NCBI GenBank assembly: GCA_043228905.1
Contig: JBHGNT010000011.1
Location: forward strand, 19,468,001-19,532,000
Length of the DNA stretch: 64,000 nt
From: Azolla caroliniana
Taxonomy: Eukaryota; Plantae; Polypodiophyta
Direction: 5' to 3'
This document shows positions 38,792-49,590 of the stretch, piece after piece. Numbering within the stretch: position 1 is the first letter of the stretch; the number at the start of each line of letters is the position of its first letter. A program made the translations under genes and the position numbers. The notes under the pieces are model-generated. The model was not told the DNA's origin and did no database searches. It saw only the letters and a list, made by a program, of their open reading frames with translations.

Positions 38792-40512
38792 TGCTTTCCG
38801 CCGTAACGAGTTCCATGCAGAATACCATAGCTCCTTAATTCGTAGCTCTGTTAGAAACTAATCAATTTTTGTTTTGATTTTGTCCTACTAGCTCTTGTGG
38901 TGAGCCCATTCTTTATAAATACACCATGTTCAAATCTCGCTATATGCACTGCTTCACTGGAAATCAAGGAGCTACAACTCTCTCTCTTTCCCTCTCTTTT
39001 CTAGCAATGACCATATAGCCAGCGCCTTGAATACTCTGCCTCGGAAGAAGTTTCTCTCACGCCATTTATGCGTAACATCTCGACTTAGGATTTCTGCGCA
39101 GTATATACATACATAAACTCTCAAATTGAGCACATGTAATTCATAGCAAATATGGAGCACAATTATATTATGAGGAGCTTAACAGGAATGGGAAATGACA
39201 AAAAATTCGCAAAACTATTCAGCAAGAACCTTATGATTTATGTATACATTACTCAACCATGAAAATTCATGTACCACTATTATGATTTCAAATGCACTAT
39301 TATGATTTCAAATACACTATTATGAATTCATTTCCCCTTGTGGGTGACAAAATTATTCCCACGAACATGATCTAACTCATTATAATTAAGGATGTAAATT
39401 GAAAAGAATGTTAGGCAATACTAAATTATGTTTAACTATGGTAAGTTTTTATATGTGGAAACATTAATTTAAGAACATTTTGGCAAATTTTAGCCAAATT
39501 CTTTTGCATAAATGCAGTTAAGCTCGTGTCTATGTTTTCTCAAAAATTTACTAAAAACTTTAATGATGTATCAAGAAACCAGGTTGAGGTTTGGTTTATG
39601 ACACCAAAACGGTTCTTTGTATGAAAGGCTGAACAGTTCTGAAATAATTTAAATGAGGAACCAATCACTGGTAATAGGATAGGTGGTTAATCCCATGACA
39701 TTGGAAAATAGAATATTGAAAGGAAGCGACTTTTAATATAGCACATATGGTAGGTTTCATGACGAAACATTGACGCAATAACAATAAAAGAGTACTTCAA
39801 ATACTCGGAAGTTAAGGTGTTTTAAATTTTGAAAATTTTGGAAACAGTTTCGTGAAGGCAATTGCCGCGTAGAGCCTTCAATAGTCATCTTTCTATTTCA
39901 ATAAATGTTTCCTAAAAAAAAAACTTGTTCTTTTTATCCACGGATATCTAGCAGCTTTTATGGTTAATGTGGTTCTTCTGACTCCATTGGTACTTCCAAC
40001 TTCTTCAACATTTCTCATCCAATGTCACTAGGCATAACCACCATGGGCAGACACAAATCAGATAGTTTCAGATATCTTATGGCAACCCAAAGAGTTCATG
40101 TTATTCACAATCTTATGAGTAGGAATGGTACAACAAATCTTAGTTAACCGACTGAAACTATCTTCATGGTATTGTCGCATGATTTGGATCGTCACTAGGT
40201 ATTCATCCAATTGATTGGAGGATTGGATGTTACTGGATCCAAGATCATTAGGAGTTTTCTTTCAAAGTATATGGTTTTTGCGGGATTTCATGTGATTTGA
40301 CAAAGTCAACAATGGCATAAATATCTAATTGGTTCACTGACTAGAGCTTGGAAACACAGATGCACGATCATGGTGTCAGTCTCGGACATCCATAACTGTA
40401 CACATAACACAGATGCATGATCATGGTGTCAGTCTCCGTAACTGTACACATTCAGATTTGAATGTGTGCATGATGATAATTGAGAGTATGCCGCCAGAAG
40501 CTATACTGCATA

Positions 40513-42882
40513 TCAAGTGTCAAAATTATCCGAGGGATAACTGTTGCGACACATACCATCAAATCCCAACGTATTCCATGAAGAAGAACTGATATGCTCA
40601 TTCATGGTTGCTTTCCTCCCTAAACAGAAATCCACTCTCATGGCCTCAATTTTCTTTGCATCTTGTTGCAGGCCAACAGCTGCATAAATATCATACATAA
40701 TGGTATAAGCAGCAGTGCAACTATCTTCCACTTGTATTATCTGATGGAAAATCAATCTCCCAAGGTTCACATTACCCCATTTTTTGCAATAATACAATAA
40801 TGTGAGCCAAACCGAAGGATCACTAGAAGAAATCATTGTCTTAATCATTGCCATTGCTTTTCCAAGATGGCCTGCACATCCTAAAATGGCCACCATGCAA
40901 GTATGGTGCTCTAACTGTGGTGTGACACCGTACTGTTTGCTCATATTTTCATAATAAATTTGGGCCTCATTCATTTTCCCTGAGTGACTACAAGCATTTA
41001 ACATACAAAGGAAGGTTATCTCATTTGGAGAATGGCCTTCCCTTTGCATCTCTTGAAAGCACTCATGTGCTTCTTCATAATGACCTTTTTCAGCATACCC
41101 TGCGATTAGTGCAGACCAAGAAACTACATCTCGAGATGAAAGTTCTTTGAGCACTTCTTGGGCCTTTGCAAGCATACCAAATTTCGCATACATGTCTACC
41201 AATGCACCACCAAGCACAGCATTGTTCACCAATAAACCGCTATTCGCTATTTCATCATGAATCTGTTTTCCTTTCTCAACAGCTCCAATGCTACCACATG
41301 CCTTCAGAATGCAAGTGAAAGTAATCTCATCTGAAGAGAGACCCTCCCTCTGCATTAATGTGTAAGAATCAAGTGCTTCACGTCCTTTCCCCTCTTGGGC
41401 ATACCCTGCAATAAGTGCATTCCAAGAGACTATATCTCGGAAATGAAGACTTCTAAGAACTTTGTGTGCCTTTGCAAGCATGCTACACTTGGTGTACATG
41501 TCAATCATTGCAGTACCAAGCACGATATTTTTCTCAAGCAAACCTCTACTGACAATTTCGCTATGGATTTGTTTTCCTTTTCCAATAGCTCTTGTGCTGC
41601 CACAAGCCTTTAGAATACAATTAAAGGTGACCTCATTTGGAGAAAGGCCTTCCCTCTGCATCTGTGAGTAACAGTTCAATGCTTCATGACCTTGACCTAG
41701 CTGGGAAACATATCCTGCTATTAGTACATTCCAGGAGATCACATCGCGAACATAAAGTTCTTCCAACACTTGCTGGGCTTTTCCAAGTACGCCACATTTA
41801 ACATACATATCTACCAATGCCGTACCAAGTACAATGTTTTTGCTTAATAAGCCCATATTGGCAATCTCTTCATGAATTTGTTTGCCTTTGTGAATAGCTC
41901 CAATGCTGCCACAAGCCTTCAGTAAGCAAATGAATGTGGATTCATTTGGAGAGATACCTTCTATTTTCATTTTTTCCATGCAGTTTAGTGCTTCACAACC
42001 TAGTTCCATTTGGGTGTATCCTGAAATTAAAGCATTCCAAGAGACAAGGTTTCGATGAGGAATCTCCTCAAATGTTTTTTGTGCTTTCGTAAGCACACCA
42101 CATTTTGCATACATATCCACCAGTGCAGTGCCAAGAACAATACTTTCCATCAACATCTCCATGCACATAATATGGACATGAATTTGTGTGCCCTTGTCAA
42201 CAGCTCCAATACTTCCGCATGCTTTCAAAACACAAATGAAGGTAACCTCATTCGGGGAAATGCCCTCTCTTTGCATACATGCAAACAACTTCAATGCTTC
42301 ATGACCTTGATTATTTGCTGCATATCCTGCAATTAGAGTAGACCAAGAAACGACATCATGATTCTTAAGCTCTTCAAGTACTTCCTGTGCTTTTTTGAGT
42401 GCACCACATTTGGCATACATATCCACCAAAGCATTTCCTAGAATGATGTTCCTCTCCAATAAGCCTCTATGGACAATTTCATGATGAATTTGTTTCCCCT
42501 TGACAATATCTCGTGTGATGCCACAAGCCTTGACGATGCTTGTTAAGGTGACCCAAGTAGGAGAGCAGGACTCGTTTTGCATCTTTTCAAAACAAGCAAG
42601 TGCTTCAAGACCATACCCCTGCTGGGCATACCCTGCAATGAGAGCATTCCAAGAGACAACATCCTGAACTAGAAGGGTTTCAAGCACATGATGTGCTTCT
42701 GCAAGAGCACCGCATTTAGCATACATGCTGATTAAGGCACTGGCTACATAAGGGTTTGTTTCAAGCCACCCCTTTTTCAGAGTATCGTCATGTAATTCAG
42801 TGCCTTTGTAGAGGTCTTTGTTCTTTGCACACATTTTCAGTAAGTCCACAACTGTACAATCTCTCTTATCTTTGCCCATCAT
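40513..42882 (-). CDS. PLS-class PPR protein 4 (6 units, E1-E2, novel tail), 789 aa
   Basis: Open ORF with six S-P-L units and E motifs; tail after IEAMR is not recognisable. Confidence 0.95.
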   Translation of the reverse strand: MMGKDKRDCTVVDLLKMCAKNKDLYKGTELHDDTLKKGWLETNPYVASALISMYAKCGALAEAHHVLETLLVQDVVSWNALIAGYAQQGYGLEALACFEKMQNESCSPTWVTLTSIVKACGITRDIVKGKQIHHEIVHRGLLERNIILGNALVDMYAKCGALKKAQEVLEELKNHDVVSWSTLIAGYAANNQGHEALKLFACMQREGISPNEVTFICVLKACGSIGAVDKGTQIHVHIMCMEMLMESIVLGTALVDMYAKCGVLTKAQKTFEEIPHRNLVSWNALISGYTQMELGCEALNCMEKMKIEGISPNESTFICLLKACGSIGAIHKGKQIHEEIANMGLLSKNIVLGTALVDMYVKCGVLGKAQQVLEELYVRDVISWNVLIAGYVSQLGQGHEALNCYSQMQREGLSPNEVTFNCILKACGSTRAIGKGKQIHSEIVSRGLLEKNIVLGTAMIDMYTKCSMLAKAHKVLRSLHFRDIVSWNALIAGYAQEGKGREALDSYTLMQREGLSSDEITFTCILKACGSIGAVEKGKQIHDEIANSGLLVNNAVLGGALVDMYAKFGMLAKAQEVLKELSSRDVVSWSALIAGYAEKGHYEEAHECFQEMQREGHSPNEITFLCMLNACSHSGKMNEAQIYYENMSKQYGVTPQLEHHTCMVAILGCAGHLGKAMAMIKTMISSSDPSVWLTLLYYCKKWGNVNLGRLIFHQIIQVEDSCTAAYTIMYDIYAAVGLQQDAKKIEAMRVDFCLGRKATMNEHISSSSWNTLGFDGMCRNSYPSDNFDT

Positions 42883-44998
42883 GAAACAAAACCCCAGGGG
42901 GTCATGAATTACTCTGCAAGTGTGATTCGTAAACCTGTTTTTGTCCCTGTCCCTTTAAGAACAAAGAGAGAGAGGAACCTTGTACTCATGTCTAGTCCGG
43001 CATTTAAAGAGCTCCTAAGAAAAGAATAAAGTGTACTATCGGCATAGTAATCGGCAGATATAGCCCTGATGTAGTGATTCCATAAGCGTGCATTTGAATT
43101 GCCGTATGTATCCATGCTGCGTGCATTTGATTTGCAGTGTGCATTCATGCAGTTTCAGCTCGGTATCGATCCAAATTGTGTCTAAAATATCTAGTTCCAC
43201 GTTTGTATTGTTACTGTAACCATTATTATGTAGTCCCCACTACCTATTTGATGTTTATTTAACAGCAAGACGAGATAAAACAGCTTAGTTTTGTTGAGTA
43301 TAAATACTCTGCAAAAAGCTTTAACCCTCTTTCGATAACTCTATATGCATGCAAGCAAAACGCCCAAAAACATTAGATATGAAAGCTGACAAAAAAAAAT
43401 GGCATTCTTGACACGGTTCACATTTCCAAGAAAAGAAAACTTCAACATTAGGTAATATGGCGGATATGCAATGTGCTCCTTTTTTGTGCCCAACGTCCTT
43501 CATACCTCTTGAGAGAAGTGTTTAATTATGGTCTTCTACACATCTATCACTTAATGTTAAAGCCTTTATGGCATATCTACCCCCACCCCCCTCTGATATA
43601 AGAATATATATATATGTATATGTAGTGTTCCCTGTCATGAATGATCCAAGTATGCTAACCCTCCAAAAGTTTTGACAATGATCTTTACGAAAAATAGTAA
43701 TATCAACTTGTGTGAGAGCTGGGCGATTATACGTCTATAGAAAGAGATAGATCACCACGTCATGTTATGTTTTATGCTCGTAGGCATTCAATGTAGATCT
43801 TGAGTATAATTGACCTGGCTTGGATCTAAGCACCATCAACACACAACCACCCAAAACGTACATAAACAAAGTACCTCCACCTATCATATCAAGAGGAATC
43901 TGTTTCACCAATGTTGCCATTTTTGGAGACTATATCCGTCAAAGTCATTACTTGTTAGTGTTAGCCATGCATGACACTAGGAAATAAAGTTATGATAAAT
44001 TTTTTCGCACTTTAAGGATGTGCGCATTAGAGATGAGTAATTAGCCATACATGAATCTGGACATGAACCAAATGAACAAGCATCCCTTGAGTTTCTGCTT
44101 TCATGCTGTTGTTTGCTTTCACATGCTAGTGAGTCGGAGGTATTTTACAGGTTGATGGATGGCACTAAAAAAATTGTCAATAACAAACCAAATGGACAAG
44201 CATGAATAACGCCCTTTATCATAATAATACACAATGAATCTATTATTCAAGTAATAAACCCTGCATACTTGGTTTGATTTACAGGAAATATGATACACCT
44301 AACTATGACTCCAGGATGAAAACTCATAGCCAGCAAGAAGGAAGTGCAAGTGCAAGTGCACATAAGAAATTATAGTTGCCTCTTGATTTGGACATCACAA
44401 TAAACTCTGCTGCTCATCCGCTGCACCCCCAAAGCACACTAAATCCTCATCTTGGGGCAGATGCCTTTTACTATATCTAGGATTGATTTGCCAGTTGCCC
44501 CAACTGCTACTGATTTCAAAATACAGCCCTAATCTTGCAATGGGTTTTACAAACAGGTTAGGCAAATGCAATTCTTCATCTTAAGCATGAAAATAGTATC
44601 TATCAGAACAATGTTCCTGCTGAAGCTCATCACATTTGTCTGGTGTGGCCAACTCTGCAAGTGACATCAGTGCTCATTTTTGTAATCATGGAACCATTCA
44701 TCAAGCAATGTGTGGCATTGCTCTAAAAGAGACTAGAATATAATGCTTTGTGCACTTCCACTGTCATGTAAGATAGTCGAGTGATGCATCACATTGTTCT
44801 AAAAGAGACTCGAGCACAGCAGTTTTTACTTTTTGTAAGTGCACCATACCTATGGATAAACATCGGCATCCACCAAATCATCCAGGTATGTTGCCAGGGG
44901 ATTGACTAATCACAAAAGTTTGGGTTCCTTTTCATCTGTTTCTAAAATTTTCCAGTCCTTGACAATCTGACCTCAAAGTTTAGGATGTGCTACTATCA

Positions 44999-45248
44999 TT
45001 AATAGCCACCACACTCATTTTCCATCTTCACAATATCAGTGCAGCCTGAATCACAACAACCTTTAGCTTTGGGCTCTTGGTATAAATGATGTCATATTAT
45101 GGCCGTCATTACAGATAGTGATATTCTTGACAAGATGTAAAGCTTCTCTTTTACATATGCTACTGAGAGCTGAAGCAATTGCAAGCTTCTTGAAATGCCT
45201 TTCTTCATTCACTTGATCCAGAATATTATGCCTAATTAAATGCACACT
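44999..45248 (-). pseudogene. Decayed DYW deaminase remnant, in frame behind the stop of PPR gene 5
   Basis: After TGA (45249-45251) the same frame reads SVHLIRHNILDQVNEERHFKKLAIASALSSICKREALHLVKNITICNDGHNMTSFI; then frameshifted EDGK-ECGGY* at 45029-44999. HxE has become HFK and CxxC has become CNDG. Confidence 0.85.
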
Positions 45249-47960
45249 TCATGCTTTTGAATTTTCATATATAGCTTTAATTTGAGAATGTTTTACATTC
45301 CCAGTAGAAAATGAACAGACATTTCCACTTGCATCTACCCACTCACTTGTTCCTAGCTTCTTTGAGGAAGCACTTTTCCCTCTCATAGCTTCAACCTTTT
45401 CTGCATCCTCTTGCATGCCAGCTACTGCGTAAATATTAGCCATGAGGACATAAGCTGCAGCTGCAAGGTCATCGTCCACCTGAATTACCTGATCAAAAGC
45501 CAATTTTCCAAGCTCTACATTTCCCCATTTCCAACAAGCACCCAATAATGCCACCCAAACTGAAGGATCATCAAATGATGGCATTGTCTTAATCACTGAT
45601 ATTGCCTTGTCAAAACGTCCTGCGGATCCAAAAACTACCACCATGCAAGTGTGATGCTCTAACATTGCTGCTATCCCATATTCTGTGCTCATTTTCTCAT
45701 AATACAATTGGGCCTCATTGAACTTACCTGCATGGCTACATGCATTCAGCAGACATAGGAAGGTTACCTCATTTGGAGAGAGACCTTCTCTTTGAATCTG
45801 TTTGAAACAGGTCAGTGCTTCAAGAAAATGACCCTCTTGAGCATACCCAGAAATTAGTGCATTCCAAGAGGCTACATTACGACTAGGCAGTTCATCTAGC
45901 ACTTTATGAGCTTTTTCAAGCGCACCACATTTTGCATACATGTCCACTAAAGCAGTCCCAAGCAAAGTATTTTGGTCTAGCAAACCCTCGGTGACAATCT
46001 GATCATGAATTTGTTTACCCTTGTCAATAGCTCCTATGTTGGCACATGCTTTCAAGATGCAAGTGAAGGTGATCTCATTTGGGAGGAAGCCCTCCCTTTG
46101 CATACGTGCAAAACAATTGAGTGCATCATGACTTCGCTCCTCTTGGGCATATCCTGCAATTATTGCATTCCAGGAAACTACACTTCGAGCAGGAAGTTCT
46201 TCTAGCACTTCTTGCGCTTTTGCAAGTGCGCCACATTTTGCATACATGTCCACTAAAGCATTTCCCAGAGAAATATTTTTCTCCATCAAGCCCCTATTGA
46301 CAATCTCATCATGGATTTGTTTACCTTTATCCACTGCACCCATGACACCACAGGCCTTCAAAAGGCTGACGAAGATAACATCACTCGGAGAGAGGCCCTC
46401 TCTTTGCATCTGTTCAAAACAATTTAATGCTTCCAAGCCTTGCCCCTCTTGAGCATAACCTGCAATTAATGCAGACCAAGAGACTACATCCCGATCAGGA
46501 AGCTCTTCAAGCACTTCTTGTGCTGTTGCAAGCATGCCACATTTGGCATACATATCCACCAAAGCAGTGCCAAGCACCGCATTTTTTTCCAGCAAGCCCA
46601 TACTCAAAATCTGCACATGGATTTGCCTGCCCTTGTCAACAGCTCCTGTACTACCATAGGCCTTCAAGATAGAAATAAATGTGATCCCATCTGGAGAGAG
46701 GCCATCCCGTTGCATGCCTGCAAATGACCTGAGTGCCTCAAAACCTTTCTCATGTTGGGAATATCCTGCAATAAGTGCATTCCACGAAACTATGTCTCGG
46801 ATAGGAATCTCTTCGAGAACTTGTTGTGCTTTTGCAAGCTTACCACATTTGGCATACATATCCACCAACGTATTGCCAAGCAAAACATTTTTCTCCAGCA
46901 AAGCCCTATGGACAATCTCATCATGAATTTGTTCTCCCTTGTTAATAGCTCCAACACTGCCACAAGCCTTGACGATGCAAATGAAAGTGACCGCATCTGG
47001 AGATATGCCTTCCTTTTGCATTCTCTCGAAACAGTTGAGGGCTTCATGACCTTTATCTTCTTGGGTATATCCAGCAATCAATGCAGACCAGGACACTGCA
47101 TCTCGAATAGGAAGCTTTTCAAGTACTTCCTGTGCTTTTGCCACCGCACCACATTTGGCATACATATCCACTAACGCAGTGCCAAGCAACACATTCTTCT
47201 CCAACAAACCACTATGGACAATCTCTTCATGGATTTGTCTACCTTTTTCAATATCTCCCAACCTTGCACATGCCTTGAGAATGCACGTGAAAGTGATTTC
47301 ATCTGGAGAAAGACCCTCCCTTTGCATTTGTGTAAAACAAGTGAGTGCTTCGGAACCTTGTTCATGCTGGGAATATCCTGCAATTAACGAATTCCATGTG
47401 ACTACATTCCGAACAGGGAGCTCATCAAGCACTTTTCGTGCTTTTGTAAGTACACCACATTTAGCGTACATATCAACCAACGCATTGCCAAGAAAAACAT
47501 ATTTTTTCAACAAGCCCTTACGACAAATCTCTTCATGAATTTGTTTGCCCTTGTCAATAAGCCCCCTACTTCCACATGCCTTCAGGATGCATGTGAAAGT
47601 GACCCCATCTGGAGAGATGCCTTCCCGTTGCATTCTCTCAAAGCAGTTGAGAGCTTTGAAACCATGTCCTCGTTGGGTATACCCTGCAATGAGAGCATTC
47701 CAGGAGACAACATTTCGAACAGGAAGAGTTTCAAGCACTTCCTGGGCTTTCGCAAGGGCGCCGCACTTGGCATACATGCTAATCAAAGCACTGCCAACAT
47801 AAGGGCTGGTCTTTCCATAAAGAATCCTTCGCTCGAGGATATCGGCATGCAGTGCAGAGCCTTGTTGCAGATCCTTCTTCTTGGCACAGTCCTTGAGCAA
47901 TCCAACAAATGGAAAGTCATGCTTAGCATTAGCAATGTTAGGAGACTCTTCCTTCCCCAT
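45249..47960 (-). CDS. PLS-class PPR protein 5 (7 units, E1-E2, PG-box/E+ region retained), ~903 aa from first ATG
   Basis: Open ORF; first ATG at 47960; C-terminus KKLGTSEWVDASGNVCSFSTGNVKHSQIKAIY is the N-terminal part of a DYW domain. Confidence 0.95.
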   Translation of the reverse strand: MGKEESPNIANAKHDFPFVGLLKDCAKKKDLQQGSALHADILERRILYGKTSPYVGSALISMYAKCGALAKAQEVLETLPVRNVVSWNALIAGYTQRGHGFKALNCFERMQREGISPDGVTFTCILKACGSRGLIDKGKQIHEEICRKGLLKKYVFLGNALVDMYAKCGVLTKARKVLDELPVRNVVTWNSLIAGYSQHEQGSEALTCFTQMQREGLSPDEITFTCILKACARLGDIEKGRQIHEEIVHSGLLEKNVLLGTALVDMYAKCGAVAKAQEVLEKLPIRDAVSWSALIAGYTQEDKGHEALNCFERMQKEGISPDAVTFICIVKACGSVGAINKGEQIHDEIVHRALLEKNVLLGNTLVDMYAKCGKLAKAQQVLEEIPIRDIVSWNALIAGYSQHEKGFEALRSFAGMQRDGLSPDGITFISILKAYGSTGAVDKGRQIHVQILSMGLLEKNAVLGTALVDMYAKCGMLATAQEVLEELPDRDVVSWSALIAGYAQEGQGLEALNCFEQMQREGLSPSDVIFVSLLKACGVMGAVDKGKQIHDEIVNRGLMEKNISLGNALVDMYAKCGALAKAQEVLEELPARSVVSWNAIIAGYAQEERSHDALNCFARMQREGFLPNEITFTCILKACANIGAIDKGKQIHDQIVTEGLLDQNTLLGTALVDMYAKCGALEKAHKVLDELPSRNVASWNALISGYAQEGHFLEALTCFKQIQREGLSPNEVTFLCLLNACSHAGKFNEAQLYYEKMSTEYGIAAMLEHHTCMVVVFGSAGRFDKAISVIKTMPSFDDPSVWVALLGACWKWGNVELGKLAFDQVIQVDDDLAAAAYVLMANIYAVAGMQEDAEKVEAMRGKSASSKKLGTSEWVDASGNVCSFSTGNVKHSQIKAIYENSKA

Positions 47961-49590
47961 GTCTGGGAATGGAGAGCCACGCACAGCCTCGTCATTACTG
48001 ACTTTGACTTCTCCAAGGACTGACTCCAGCCATCATGGACCTGTGTATCAAATCAAACACAGGTTTGCTTTCAGAAAATATGATCAGGCATATGTGACCC
48101 ACGATCTCCTCCCGAGTCCAATGATTTTGTGCAACTTCGTGTTGCCAATTGCACCTCATGAATCGCATGGCCGGGATCGAATTTAGGTTCTCTCAAAAGT
48201 ATGAGTTTGATGCTACTTATGTAAAAAAGCATTACGCCAACAGGCAATGAGAGAAGAAAACAGAAACATAATTTTCAAAATAAAACTTCTAGGCTTAATC
48301 CTAAATATCTATTTCGATGATCTTACTATCTGAAATGGAGTGATCCTCAAGATGGTTTTTTACGAGCACGAAGTACATAACTAAGATGTACGAGATCAAT
48401 TGTGGTGACAAGACATGATATTAGTGTTGGTTGCCAATAGCCATGGTGGAGAGAGGCTATAATAAAGTTCCCTGAGTACACATGGGTGTCCTCAAGTAGA
48501 TTGGACATGGCAAGTAATGACTCAATGGCAAGTGAACATCGTCTTTTCACAAAAAAAAGAAAAAAGTGTATCTTATTCTTCAACCTTAATAGGGGAGAAT
48601 ATACCTTTTCAATTTTGATCTGGAAGTTTACATGCAATCCTCCATTCAAAATTCGATAACAATTAAGCAAACATACTAGCTTTAAGTGACAAATTCTTCT
48701 CTATCCCTTTGATACACTTCTAGTCCCATTAATAGATGCACCAAGCAAAGTCCGTGATCTTGAATTTGGAGCTTGGCATAGAATACAATAAGGTGTTGAA
48801 ATATCTTAGATCTATTAGATATGCATGCATCCCTAAGGCCACTCGTGATAAGTCAATTGCACTTTGAATAATCCATTCTCAAGGTTTTCAATATAATCCA
48901 CATAAAAAACATTCCATGTCGTACAACTCCTATCCCCATAGTGTTGTCAATTGAATATTCGCAAACTATTATTGGGGAGAGAAAAGCTCTAATATATCAT
49001 ATTTGCAACAAAGAAGCCACACCTTGTCTTAACTCTATCAAAGCAGGCAATCTTGAGTTGGAACCTGGTCCTAGCATAGAATAGACACACGCAATCTCTT
49101 GCGACATCGCGGTACGACAAATGAATTTTTTGCTTAGCTCCTATCAACACACACAATCTCCCCCCCCCCCACACACACACAATATGGCAAATGAGTCCTT
49201 TTTGGTCTTAACTACATTGACAAATGAGCCATTCCATGTAATCTTGAGTCCAGTGGTAACTTCCCCCAACATCCCATCGCCCTCCTTGTAGCTTACTACA
49301 TTATCATGTCATAGGACTTTACAAGGTCAAAATCTTCGGCAAAGTCCATGAAAGAAGAGTGGTGGCTTGACAATTCTACTTCCCATTCACATACTTCTAT
49401 GTACGTCTATCAACTAACTCTCTCTGCATCATTCCCTACTGGTGTACCTTAATGCAAATTCTCCTTCCCAACACATTTTTTGTCAAAGCTTCCTCTCCAT
49501 CATTTTGCTTGGGTGGATTATGCTGCATGCATCAGATATTGTGCAAAGCTTCTTCTCCTCCATCTTCATAGCAGCAATTGCTGCCGCAGA

